Shown: piece by piece, positions 25,101 through 35,510 of the stretch | Numbering within the stretch: position 1 is the first letter of the stretch | How the letters are laid out: the number at the start of each line of letters is the position of its first letter | Origin: Phoronis australis | Lineage: Eukaryota; Animalia; Phoronida | NCBI GenBank assembly: GCA_002633005.1 | Contig: NMRA01001174.1 | Location: 1 to 42,972 of the forward strand | DNA length: 42,972 bases | Direction: 5' to 3' | Notes under the pieces: generated by a model | Databases searched by the model: none | Seen by the model: only the letters and a program-made list of their open reading frames with translations | What the model was told of the DNA's origin: nothing | Translations under genes and position numbers: made by a program

Positions 25101-28100
25101 AACCCTTTGTTGATGCTAGATGGTCAAGACAAAAGTGACAAGACTAAATCGCCATGTTTGGTATGGTGGATCTTGAACACAAATAAGAAATACGTAAACA
25201 TTTTAGTTTGAAAGCCATCAAATAAGTTTGGTTCACCCCTCACAGTACCATCGTATTTCGGGTACCAGGACATATTTCTCGGCGCAGCGCATCAAATGCT
25301 TTTTGGAATAAACGTTCTGGTCAAAACCTTCCGCTAGACGTGCGCTTTCATAGAAATGCAATTACGCAATAAATGAATGGACAAAAATATTCATATGTTC
25401 AGGAAAGATGAGAGACTCGCATTTCTTAAGGTGGATTTCATATTACGACTGAGACTAAATCGAATCGTAATAATATTAAAAACTTTGTTCAAATTTCAAC
25501 ATTGTAGTGAGAAGAACGGTTTGGGGGTTTCAAGTTGTGAAACAGTTCTTGAACGTAACATTTTCTATGATGTTTGCAATGAGTGTATGCTGTGGAGAAT
25601 GGAAGTTTTAAAACTTTCGGTAATAGCGTTTTGAGGGATGGTTTATTATTAAAATATTTATTCGCATTCCACGTTATAGTCTCAAATAAATGAACTAATA
25701 GAATGGCAACCCTTTTCGTATTTAGTCACTTCCATCAGTATTAAAGATGCTATATTACAGTATAATTCAATCACTTTGCTTTTCTATGAAATTTATCGGG
25801 TAACATATACTTTTATCGATGGCTATGGTGCAATCTACTTTAATTTTTAGGTGTGAGCATTTTAGTACATAGAAAACAAAATAGTTCACCAGAGGAGAAA
25901 TGGACTGCAGATTACTTGAATTTGCAATAACCCCCTCAAAGTGTCTTATTTTTGATCAGACTGCACGACTGTGTATGTTCCTGGCGTGGTTTGCTTGATG
26001 TTCTCTGTAATGATGTTAACTTCCGACCTCCATACGACGTAATTTGGCATGGCTTGTTTATTAAATGTATTTAAGCATGTGCCACCGATCCGGTCATAAC
26101 CACCTTTCGCCGCCACTTGCACAATCTTTTTTCTTATAAATTGTGAATTTTAGGCCCCCACTTTCGACTGCGAAAACCTCAATTTCCATTATCTTTTCCG
26201 TGCAAATTTTAAGTCATTGTTGAGCGCATACCTGGATAAATTGCCAAGGAGCTCCTTACTGAAAGATGCACAAAATTGTATTAATAAACATGTAGAGAAC
26301 TGGAAATGTGTGTATGTTTTAATATTTGATTGACGTTTATGAAGTGAAACTACATTTGAAGGGTTCGTTGTTCTATGATTTCCGTGTTTATGCTTCCACG
26401 AAAATCGACAATTCTCCGATTTAAGAATAAAATCTGCCAATTGCTAAAAAACATCTTCAGAACATTGAGCTTCTAGACCCCCAAGCTACAAGTTCCGTAG
26501 ATTTCAAAAAGTGCTAAGTATTTTAGCATTTTGATATTTTAGGGCACTTTTATCAAGGAAATTTAGTGAACCAAGGTGTAGTGCTGGGACAATAACTGTG
26601 GAGGTGTCAGTGAACTTTTTTTCATTGGTTTCCTTTTATAAATTCTGAACATTTGGCATGTAAGCCAGTGTGTCTGTGTGTTTCATGTATTTTTACCCTA
26701 TATGCGCGTATTTAGGCCAATACGTAAAATGAAATATTCTAAAGACTACAAAACACGCAAGTATACAAAGGATATCCACCTGCGCCTGTAAGAGAAGCAT
26801 TATGCATGCGTTTGTGCGAAACATTTGAGTAGGAAAATTTCCTTATGGCAGTTATTTCCGATATAGGTGCAAGTGCCTAAATGTGTAAACCACACAATGC
26901 TCTGCACTGGGTTACACTTTTCATTGTTTACTCAAAAAATTTCGTATACTGATCTTCTTTAGAACTAAAGTGCATTACAATGTGCCAAATAAAGAAATCT
27001 CATACAGTGTATGCTCTAGTGGTCGAATAAGTGTCAGTGGCATTCTGAATACGTGTTGTGTATTACTGAAACAAAGAGGTTGGTTCCTGAAAGCTATCCC
27101 CACTTCGACAAAAGATTGACCGAATTCAGTTGACGCGATATAGGCTGAGCATCGCCTGATTTGTGATTAAGGCATTTTAAGATGGATATCAATGCTTGCC
27201 CGATGTTTCTTACTCGACGACAATCTCACGACTGTCGTGAACACATCGGCCACGCGTCAACAGCTCATCATTTAGGCGAAGGTCAGTCGACGTCCGGTTG
27301 AGTGTCACCAGATCGCCAACAAATAATTCTACAATTTAAACTTCCGAAAAACACTTTGCTTGATGGTGCTTCAGCTGCTGAGGGTTGACACCGATGGCAT
27401 GGACTGCCTTCCCGAAAATTTCCAGGCAACTGCCCGCCTTCCATCGACATAAATGCTAGCCACCTGATTGTTTTAAACGTGATAGTGTCTTGATACTAGC
27501 CACCCAGAACAATGATATCTTTGTTTCTGTTTCGCTTACCATTATACATTTACGTGTGTATTAAGGTTTTGTATCCCCTAATTCAGCAATGTGCGTATTT
27601 TGAAAAATGCTTAGAAATATGGATTGTAACAGAGTTAATGTTTGTAGTTTCTGAAAGTAAACTAGAAAATTTGTTTTTTACCTCTTTACTACTATGCCAT
27701 TATTTGCATAACGTGACTTAATAGAAAGGAAAGGTACGTTGATAACAAAATAATGATATCAGGTTTTATTTCACATAAATCTGTTTCTAATACATCTGCT
27801 CGTTTTTTGGAAAACTTTCATGAAAATCGTGAAAATCCTTTTTGACAGCCTCTCTTGCAAAAATGTCATGTTTTGAAAACAATTCCATACAGTGTGTTAA
27901 CGAACTGTGCATAAAAATAGTTTCTGAGTCGGATCAGCCATTTTGAGATATGGTTCTCCAAAGTTAGCCAAATTGGACATTTCCCTGGAACCTACATGTA
28001 CACAATCTTAAAGAACAAGCGCCTCATACAAAGCTGCTGGTTACATATTTGAAACAACTTGTGTGAAGTCAAGGAGTAAAATTTACAAATCAAGTGAACA

Positions 28101-31100
28101 AAAAAGTTACAACACACGCTGGTGTGTCAGTTGCTATGGAGAAACAGTAACGACCACGTGATGCGTGAACAATTAGGATATATCAATTTGAATCTTAAAA
28201 ACAAATTCTATTGTATGCACTATTCCCGTTCTCGTCCGTCTTTACCGAGAGTGTCATGTCATTCTATTCTGTAATACCCAAAATTGTTCGGCAACAAAAT
28301 GTCTAGTTTGTTCTGTGACTAAAATAAATCAAAGCTGTTTCATTTTGAACTCGGTTTAGGTTTTGATAATTTAATTTGCATTTGCACGAGTTGTTCATTC
28401 AGCAGTGCAAATTTGTTTTTTGTTTGTCAACAAATTTCAATACATCTTGTAGGGAGGCAACACGTTGCTGCACAGCGCGTCTTCGCATGGCAAGCTAGCA
28501 GTTGTTGAACTGCTTCTGAAAATGGGTGTCGATCCGACAGTTGTTAACACGGTAAGGGTACATGTATCAATCAAATTGTGTGGTACATGTAGCTGTATGC
28601 TATCTGTGTCTGTATTGGATGTTTGCCAAAGGATAGGTAACCGGTGTTTGTAGGCATCATAACTCATTACAATTGTATATGTAATTATTGTGTATCTTCT
28701 GGTACAATGGAACAGCGTCGACGGTTGCTGGCAAAAGTCCTTTTCTACTTTTGTGTAAGCATCGAAGCGATTATCGACACGGAATTTTTAACTAATTTAA
28801 ACTTTTCATTTGATGTAGGAGCCAGATCACTATGTGATTGCTTAAAATTTGAAGAACCAACAGTTAAAAGAAGTCAATAACTTAAGTGAAGTATTATCAT
28901 TTCATTCTCCACGTTGTGTAATCGTTTTCTCTGTTTAATACGCCAATCTACCAGCCTCGCATTGCTCATTTGGAGATACAGTGTACATGTAGGTGCAGGT
29001 ATCGGGTTCGTATTGGTCCAGTTCACGTGCAACTTTAGCACACGGTAGGAAGTAAATTTTACATGAGTTGTCTTGCTGTTCAGTGTACTCTTTAAACTTA
29101 GCTATGTCTTGCAGGACGGACGAACAGCTTATGATGTCTGTGGCGACAGCTGTAATGTGTTTTTTAACAAGGTCGACGATGAGACTATCGAGAAAATAAA
29201 GAAAGTTCTTGAGGTAGGTAGTAGGGAAAAATAATCAGATTCTTGCTAAAAAGACCATATCGCTGCTTTTGTGATTAATGTAATAAACGCCATATGCACA
29301 GTTGGGAGAAAGTGCCGTGTTCGAGACCGGATAGGGACTGAGATGTTTTCAGACTTAACTATAAACCACGTGATGCGACCAACAGATGGCGTGTAAGACG
29401 ATTGATAATTCTCAGTTCTTGTATATTGTTTCAGTCTTATTTGGTTACAAATATACACCTCGCTCAGGCGGGTACAAGGAAGGTTTTCTCTCACTGCACT
29501 GGTTATCCTTGTATCATTTAAACAGCTCAGGACATCATGTAGTAAATACTTGTGTTTAGATTTTTGTTTTATTTTAATTGACAAATCGTTGTTCACTGTA
29601 GAAGCATATGCGACTCAAGCAGCAAAGCGGAAAATCACCGTCAGATGAAGACCCGGATGAAAATCTCCTCATATTGTTAGGGAGTCTGGAGGGATATCTA
29701 AATTCGAAACGTCCAGACATCCCTGTCGGCGAGTTGGACGTCAGCGTAAAAATAAAAAAGAGAGAGGACGGCACATTCCAAATGCTGAGTGTGGATACTA
29801 AGCTGATGGGTACGCCTATTATACATTGTGACTAAGTATAACCTAACATACATGTAAACTTAGTCTTCATAGACCGTTAACTTCCATATATAACGATATT
29901 TTAATGGAGGCAATTTTAGAGTTCAATACTATAAGCTGTCATTAGAATGGCGAAATTTTGCTACGAAGTGCACGATGACAGATCATTTCCAGAAGAATAG
30001 AACCGTTACTTGTTTCATTTCATTACCTGTCTGATGTATTCAAAGACAAGAGGTGACTATGACTTGCTTGCCCCTCTTCCCTTACCGCTGGGCTTTGTCT
30101 TTTTACAAATTTCGTCCCAGGCGCGTGCTACTCCCCTCTCAGCGACGCCTTTCTATTCCCCGGTGCCTGGATAGCTGCGTTTCGCGTCTTGCGGGCGTAC
30201 CAACGTTTCCGACGAATTAGTCTTTCTATATCCGCAGTACCCTTCACTCGGGCATCCGTGACCTAGTACATGTAGATAATATTTACACATAAACCAAGTG
30301 AAAACTCTTGTTTACAAACACGTTCCCAGCAATTGTCGATTATTCGGTTTCAGCACAAAGATTTAACCACCACTGCTACAGTATTCTGAGTCACTTGTGA
30401 TAGACTACATAAAACCATACTAAATTTTCACATCACAGGTTTTTCCTCAAGTTTAGGTCCTCTTTTGGTTTAGCGTATATGCAAATGATTTCGTAAATAG
30501 TGTGGATTTTTTCAAGTGCCTTCTGAACGCAAAGCATGCCATTGTTATCAATGGCTATTGTCAGTGTATTACGAGCCAGGACTAGGAATTACATAGAAAC
30601 TAGCTACGTATTGGCTTCCTGTAAGATAAACTAATGGTCAAGAAATTCAACTATATGAGTTTTAATTGCAATTATTAACTTTGTAAAATTTCGACATCGT
30701 TGTTAAGAACCAATAACTCATAATTACAAGGTGGTTAATGATGTAAAGAAGATGTTATTTGTGTACAAAATTACATTTATGTGTGGGATGTCCTTGTTTT
30801 CTCGTATATTCTCGTTTTCTGCAAACAACACAAGTGATTACTAGTGATAATTCTCCACGAAAATATAGAAAGTTGATGACAATCTCCGATTATAGTGAGA
30901 AAAATGCGTTGTTATATAATAGTTAGGTACTGAAATCGTCAAGTGGTTTATTTTAAAAATAAAATGAACACCAACGAGTTTGACTGTGCGTGGGGAAGTG
31001 GTATCGCTCAGCAATGGAGGAATAATGCACGGGAACAGGGCGTGTTTGTCCGCCACGCAGTGAAAAGTGGTTCATGAGGGCAAACTATGTTCGCTAGAGG

Positions 31101-32289
31101 GGAACAGCGTGTACGTCAACAAGATTTGGCTCGTTTACAGGGGATTGTAGGTCTATCAAAACGAAATAAATGCCGATTTTGTGAATTTAAGTGTACGGTA
31201 ACTGCCCGTCTAAGTTTACAAGTTTCATGTACTTAAAATACACTGTTTAAGGACGATTCATCTCATTTTCAGACTATTTCCCACTAGTTGTGCCCGTAAG
31301 GCAGTCCTGTCTTTTGGGCAAGTTTCCTGAACAGGGTCAGAACGTGATATCGGCTGAGCTCCACGAGTCATTGGCCAATGCGCTGAAGTCGGTTGTTCTA
31401 CTTGCACGGGCGGACGCACAAGGAGTGGGGTCCGGCTTCCGAGTAGGGCGCAATTATGTGATTACAAACTATCACGTGTACCAATGCCTGAATGTCCCCA
31501 GTAAGTATTTTGTCTGTTGATTGAATGTATGAATCCGGGTTTTTGTAATTCGCCTAGGACACATGTATAATGGTTCCACTTTCCCTGCTGTAATCAAGGA
31601 CCGGAATTTTAAGAGTTGGGTTAGATTTATAGGCCTATTTTCAGTTGTCCCCAGAGTTGCGCTGTGTATCGTCACTTGCCAATCTAATGCACTGTGATGA
31701 CGACTAGTCTGNNNNNNNNNNNNNNNNNNNNNNNNNNNNNNNNNNNNNNNNNNNNNNNNNNNNNNNNNNNNNNNNNNNNNNNNNNNNNNNNNNNNNNNNN
31801 NNNNNNNNNNNNNNNNNNNNNNNNNNNNNNNNNNNNNNNNNNNNNNNNNNNNNNNACTGTGCTTCTGCACCTCCCACTGAGGGCGCTGGCGTCGCTGTAC
31901 TTTCCGTGGGCTCGCCGTCGTAAAAACCGTTTAATTTGTAATTTCAGGTTTCTGAGTTAAACCAATGGGCACAGCGGACATTTCCTGGCCGTGCCGTATT
32001 CCCACAAATCGACGACCCACGACGAGTTCTTTACCGAACAAGTCTACAGTTTGGCAAAGGCAGCTCAGGAAGTCCTGGTTTTGTACCCGATGACAAACAT
32101 GAGGCGTGCGTCGCCGCGATACAGACACGTGGATTTCCGGATTTGCCAGATTTTCATTTCGTTTCCCAAGAGGTAGTCAAGGCTCGTTCTGTGGAGCAAG
32201 GGGTCAGGGTGGAGGCTGTCTATGACTTCCTCCACACCAACCACCCTGCACTTTGTCAGGATATCTTTGGCAACAATAAGCCTAGTTAA
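1049..32289 (+). CDS. Multi-exon gene: ankyrin-repeat array (N-cap, 9 internal repeats, C-cap) + linker + FAM111-like trypsin-fold serine protease
   Basis: GT-AG exons 1049-1105, 3597-3686, 16405-16500, 17067-17165, 17723-17821, 18415-18516, 22887-22985, 23544-23642, 23789-23887, 24414-24515, 28453-28551, 29115-29213, 29602-29809, 31273-31500, [missing exon(s), probably in gap], 31948-32289. Phases are compatible through exon 14 and there are no internal stops. Confidence 0.82.
1257..1608. mobile_element. hAT-like MITE
   Basis: Left end cataGGCGGATTTAGG pairs with right end CCTAGATCCGCCacg. GC-rich interior with poly-G and poly-T tracts. No clean TSD. Confidence 0.5.
3012..3042. repeat. (CAA)n microsatellite
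   Basis: acaacaacaactacaacaacaacaacaacaa. Confidence 0.9.
3597..3686 (+). CDS. Exon 2, N-cap ankyrin repeat (VLEAALDGNCSELVKYIKRGWDVDQVLNSS)
   Basis: Acceptor tttttttcag, donor GTGAGT, 90 nt, phase 0-0. The LxxAAxxGN...G-DV pattern runs directly into GDTALH of exon 3. Confidence 0.8.
5848..6565. repeat. Diverged interspersed direct duplication A-B-A'-B'
   Basis: ~5848-5961 resembles ~6368-6478, and ~6150-6236 resembles ~6487-6565. Confidence 0.75.
6700..6839. mobile_element. Small MITE with ~21-29 bp terminal inverted repeats
   Basis: cgttcagtaacgctaggacct at 6700 is the reverse complement of aggtcctagcgttactgaacg ending at 6839. Related diverged pieces at ~4585-4631 and ~2250-2312. Confidence 0.7.
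7428..8729. mobile_element. Non-autonomous DNA transposon with long degenerate TIRs (CA...TG ends, hAT-like)
   Basis: 7428-7605 (catgc..aaccagcc..gggctccaattt..cctttta..aaacggggtac..gtctcg..gtttctctga) is mirrored in reverse complement at 8550-8729. No intact transposase and no TSD seen. Confidence 0.65.
12458..12621. mobile_element. 164-bp hAT-like MITE
   Basis: Perfect 14-bp TIR CAGTGCTGTAGTGG / CCACTACAGCACTG. The flanking 8-mers tacacgtg and tgtaagtg match 5/8 (possibly a decayed TSD). Confidence 0.8.
15392..15547. repeat. 77-bp direct duplication centred on a single N (likely contig-overlap artefact)
   Basis: 15392-15468 repeats at 15471-15547 with 3 substitutions. N at 15469. Confidence 0.85.
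16405..16500 (+). CDS. Exon 3, ankyrin repeat (GDTALHSAAECGHTEVARVLCKAGANVNKQDW)
   Basis: Canonical ankyrin consensus, ttctgcag acceptor, GTAATA donor, 96 nt, phase 0-0. Confidence 0.93.
17067..17165 (+). CDS. Exon 4, type-A ankyrin repeat (LGMTPLHWAALGGHTQTVECLVEHNATVDVRDK)
   Basis: 99 nt, catag acceptor, GTAATT donor, TPLH motif. Confidence 0.93.
17723..17821 (+). CDS. Exon 5, type-A ankyrin repeat (WGVTPLHYAAECGHTQTVKCLVEHNATVDVRDQ)
   Basis: 99 nt, same splice context as exon 4, 656 bp downstream of it. Confidence 0.93.
18415..18516 (+). CDS. Exon 6, type-C ankyrin repeat (NGDTTLHLASQSGKAAIVELLVNEGSCEVTAVNK)
   Basis: 102 nt, tttag acceptor, AAG|GTATCT donor, phase 0-0. Confidence 0.9.
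22887..22985 (+). CDS. Exon 7, type-A ankyrin repeat (GGGTPLHYAAGCGRTQIVKCLVEHNATVDVRDE)
   Basis: 99 nt, AG/GT bounded. Positional counterpart of exon 4. Confidence 0.9.
23544..23642 (+). CDS. Exon 8, type-A ankyrin repeat (GSLTPLHLAAGCGHTQIVECLVEHNATVDVRTQ)
   Basis: 99 nt, AG/GT bounded. Positional counterpart of exon 5. Confidence 0.9.
23789..23887 (+). CDS. Exon 9, type-B ankyrin repeat (SGHTPLHLAAQEGHTAVVQCLIEHRANVNVPNE)
   Basis: 99 nt, ttccatag acceptor, GTAATT donor. Absent from duplication copy 1. Confidence 0.93.
24414..24515 (+). CDS. Exon 10, type-C ankyrin repeat (NGDTALHLASQSGKAAVVELLVNKGSCEVTAVNK)
   Basis: 102 nt. Counterpart of exon 6. Confidence 0.9.
28453..28551 (+). CDS. 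Exon 11, ankyrin repeat (GGNTLLHSASSHGKLAVVELLLKMGVDPTVVNT)
   Basis: 99 nt, cttgtag acceptor, GTAAGG donor. Confidence 0.92.
29115..29213 (+). CDS. Exon 12, C-cap of the ankyrin array (DGRTAYDVCGDSCNVFFNKVDDETIEKIKKVLE)
   Basis: 99 nt, cttgcag acceptor, GTAGGT donor. GxTAxD and I..vL pattern typical of a terminal repeat. Confidence 0.88.
29602..29809 (+). CDS. Exon 13, linker (KHMRLKQQSGKSPSDEDPDENLLILLGSLEGYLNSKRPDIPVGELDVSVKIKKREDGTFQMLSVDTKLM)
   Basis: Phase 0 acceptor ctgtag, phase 1 donor G|GTACGC, open frame (ORF 29608). Confidence 0.78.
31273..31500 (+). CDS. Exon 14, N-terminal part of the trypsin-like protease with catalytic His (...KSVVLLARADAQGVGSGFRVGRNYVITNYHVYQ...)
   Basis: Phase 1-1 exon, ttttcag acceptor, GTAAGT donor. 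GSGF...ITNxHV motif with the His codon at 31473-31475. Confidence 0.88.
31712..31855. other. Assembly gap (144 N)
   Basis: Run of N. Confidence 1.
31948..32289 (+). CDS. Terminal exon, C-terminal part of the FAM111-like protease with catalytic Ser (...DDPRRVLYRTSLQFGKGSSGSPGF...VAAIQTRGFP...SVEQGVRVEAVYDFLHTNHPALCQDIFGNNKPS*)
   Basis: atttcag acceptor, 113 open codons to TAA, GSSGSP motif with the Ser codon at 32065-32067. Missed by the ORF track because there is no start codon near its 5' end. Confidence 0.88.
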   Translation, partial: VSELNQWAQRTFPGRAVFPQIDDPRRVLYRTSLQFGKGSSGSPGFVPDDKHEACVAAIQTRGFPDLPDFHFVSQEVVKARSVEQGVRVEAVYDFLHTNHPALCQDIFGNNKPS

Positions 32290-33870
32290 TTGATTTGAGT
32301 CGACCATAGGCAGCTGTCAACCTTATACGTGTATATGTAAAGTTATTTTAGTGCAATCAGGTTGTGTATTACCATGTTTATGTAGAGATTTAGGCATGTA
32401 CATGTATATCCAGTAAACCATTTAGTTTTTGTCATACCTCAGGGCCGAGAAGCGTGGTTTATGCCCCAGAACACTGCTAACAAAAATGCCTGAATAAGTG
32501 CACATAGTGCTTATAGGTGAGTTTTACTGGCAGATTTGAGGTAAATGGTCTGATAAGATGGACCAGCGATGGTAAAACTTACTTCAGGCAAAAACCTTAA
32601 GACAAGATCTGATTTCGGCATGTTCTTGGAGCCCGTTTTATAAAACTGACTTAAGTTCATTTTTACTTAAACTGTTCCCACTGTGCATTTTCGTAGTTTT
32701 TTAGTCTTGATTTTTTTTAACTTTGAAGCAGAACAAGTTATGTAATGGGTAGAAGACGTCTGGTCACGTGACCATCAGTTGCGATGGCGAAAAACAGCAG
32801 ATCAAAAGGCGAGCACGATTTTGAGCGAGAACTGCACAATTATCATAGATACAAAGAGAAGCCGGATACGGGCATCTCACAATCAAACAATCAATGCAAT
32901 TTTCCACTTAGCAAAATTTAGTTGAGTTCGAGGTCGTAAGAACTCGACCCACTTGCACGAGAAATGCTGCAGACCCATGTCAGCCACAACCAACTAAACC
33001 AAGGGGTGGTCAATTTTCACAAAATAGACACTTAATAATCACTGGCAAAGGCCAAAGTAAGCCTGGGTCACCAGTATTCACTGTTGCCATGTTGGATGGA
33101 GCACGGTCTATACTAGGTCTATACCATGCACGCGCTCATTTGTCGTAACACTTGATCTGGGACGGGGTAGAGGGCCTGGCATCACTAGCCCCAGAATGGA
33201 AGCAGTTTGCTCGTTATTTATTAAATTTGAAAATACACTTACAAGGTGGCGAGTCTTTCATCGTTAGGCTGCTATTGTGTTTGATCGAAACACAAGTGCT
33301 TAAATTGTGCTGAACAAACTGGCTCGCGACTGAATCGCATGTTCCACCCTGACATTCCACACTCTCGTGCATCGCACAAACCGATGCCATTTATGTGCAA
33401 CTTACACGTATTTAGGAAATTTGAACTCAGAAACGTTCTCAGTCAAGTTGTTGTTACTACAACCTTCACAAACGCACATTCTCATGTCTGAAAAGGCGGC
33501 TCTCCGTGGACTTTCCTCACAACTCCTCAGTATCCCTCTTGTAAACACAACGGCGGCTGAGACGGTCTTCCATCCATTGCGTACAACCCCGATGAACAGA
33601 AATATATATATTTTCAAAATTACTGGCTTGGTTTCTTAACAGTAGGCATACTTAAGGCTATTAAATCTCTTAAGATGTGATCTTTTTCAGACGCAGGGTC
33701 ATGGTGGTCCCAAACTTTGACACTGTGGCACATCCGATGAGTTAGTCGAAATTAAGACATAAATAACTTTAAATCGAAATTGAGAGTTCTTTCTTGAGAC
33801 GGACTTGAGACAAATTTTAAGTTTTACATTAAATTGGCTGAAATGAAAGTTGGTCCGTTTTATTGGAATC

Positions 33871-33988
33871 GTGTCCATGACCTGTATATATGATAATGGA
33901 ACTCACATGTCCATGCACACAGTGTCCATGACCTGTATATACAGCGTATGATAATGGAACTCACATGTCCATGCACACAGTGTCCATA
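33871..33988. repeat. ~51-58 bp tandem repeat, 2.1 copies
   Basis: gtgtccatgacctgtatata(...)tgataatggaactcacatgtccatgcacaca occurs twice. Confidence 0.9.
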
Positions 33989-35438
33989 CTGGGGTGAAAT
34001 GTAGTTGCCTTAACACGGGGCACCAACCTCGGTTAAAAACACACCCACATATAAAAACATGCATTTTAACGTTTGCATATTTCTACTCTATACACTGTAT
34101 CTGTATAACATGTAATTGCTTTTGATCGTTATCTCCAAGCTAATGTATAGAAGTTACGTACATTTATGTTGGAATTGATATTAATTTATTTTTGTACCAT
34201 ATGATAACTGTTCTCCTACTATTTGTATTTTAATTTAAATGTTTAAACAAATATATGATATTAAAACCGATCATCTTGAAGTTACATGCAGTATATTGTA
34301 AACGAGTATACGACAGAGGGAAAATAATAAATTAGAATGTGCATTCACGTCACCGTGCTCTGTCCCTAAGTTTAGTTGAAAAGGGCGCCATTGGTAGCCA
34401 CTCGTGAAACCACATATACATGTACTTCCGTGACCACGCTAACAATCCGGTATTTCAGATCTTCTTGTGTCACTTTCTGTTTTTACCACCAACCTTGCGC
34501 AAGAGCATATTTGCATGTAGGTAAGTTTTATGGGTAAGTCATTCAGCGACGTAAAATGATTATGAAATGTATAAAAAGCGCAAAGGCTTTTGTTGACCTA
34601 CAATGTATTTTGTGATTTCCGAGTCGAAAACATCGGTCAATCAAACTGTGGTCTCGGAACTTTATGTCTCGAGAAACTACTTCGCGTTTTGTAACAACAC
34701 AATTTTATTGAGTAATATATTTCTGTCTCAATGCGCGATATGAACACTTTGACAACAGTGGAATTAAATAAACGCTGCTACTACAGACGAAGACTCATGG
34801 AACAGGCCTCTTTGAAGCTCAGTACGTGTGAAAGCAGGAGACAGCAATGACTACTGTGTATACACAGTTACCATAGGGGTGTAAGATTATGTGCAGGGGG
34901 CAGGGATCAGTAGAGGATTGTCTTTCACGTCCGTCGGTCAACTGAGAGTGAGAGGTAGAGAGAATCTCCCATGAAATAAAAATAAATTGTTTCTCGCCAC
35001 CAGGAGGTGCTTGTGGTTATAAGAACATCTACATCTACATGTATATCTATTCACTAATGTTTGTTTTGAGTTACGCTCCATGCTAACAAGAAAACATTAT
35101 TTTAATATTAAAACGAGACAATCCAAAACTTGGCGAAAGTTTGCAAGTTAGGCTTACATGTACATAGAAATATAAACTGTGGTTTGGTACAGCTGTACAG
35201 CAAAACCGCAAAGTGTTCGCATTTGGGTTATACACTGTACATGTACATGTATATGGCCACGAAGATGCAATTATTGTTTTCCTTAGTATCAACGTAATGT
35301 CGTTGAGAAAGTCCGAGAATGTCTGTGGGGAAGATTATCGAAGCGTTAACTGATTTGTTGTACACTTATTAAGGCTAGGCACTAGCTAGCAACACCGTAA
35401 GATCTTCAACACACCATACGATACAGTGAACATATATT

Positions 35439-35510
35439 CAGTGGCGGACCTATGGGGGGGTTCAGGGGGTTTAACCCTCCCCCCTTTGGGACAAAACCAA
35501 AAAAATGAAA
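35439..35510. mobile_element. Terminus of a hAT-like MITE (partner end not found)
   Basis: CAGTGGCGGACCTATGGGGGGG...CCCTCCCCCC resembles the ends of the 1257-1608 element. Confidence 0.4.

Larger units (their letters stand above)
22508..28374. repeat. Copy 2 of the ~5.8-kb tandem duplication (contains exons 7-10)
   Basis: Begins immediately after the single N at 22507 and is collinear with 16688-22506. Confidence 0.95.

Noticed and set aside
19518-26440. Paired ORFs 19518/25377 (+) and 20337/26189 (-)
   Set aside because: Their similarity comes from the 5.8-kb duplication. Frameshifting indels between the copies and the lack of any domain indicate non-coding sequence.
31620-31711. Possible missing protease exon starting before the gap (acceptors ttttcag, ccccag)
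   Set aside because: Both phase-1 readings hit stop codons before the gap and show no Asp motif.
31991-32176. ORF-track protein MPYSHKST...
   Set aside because: Wrong frame. The coding frame is the one starting at 31948 that contains GSSGSP.
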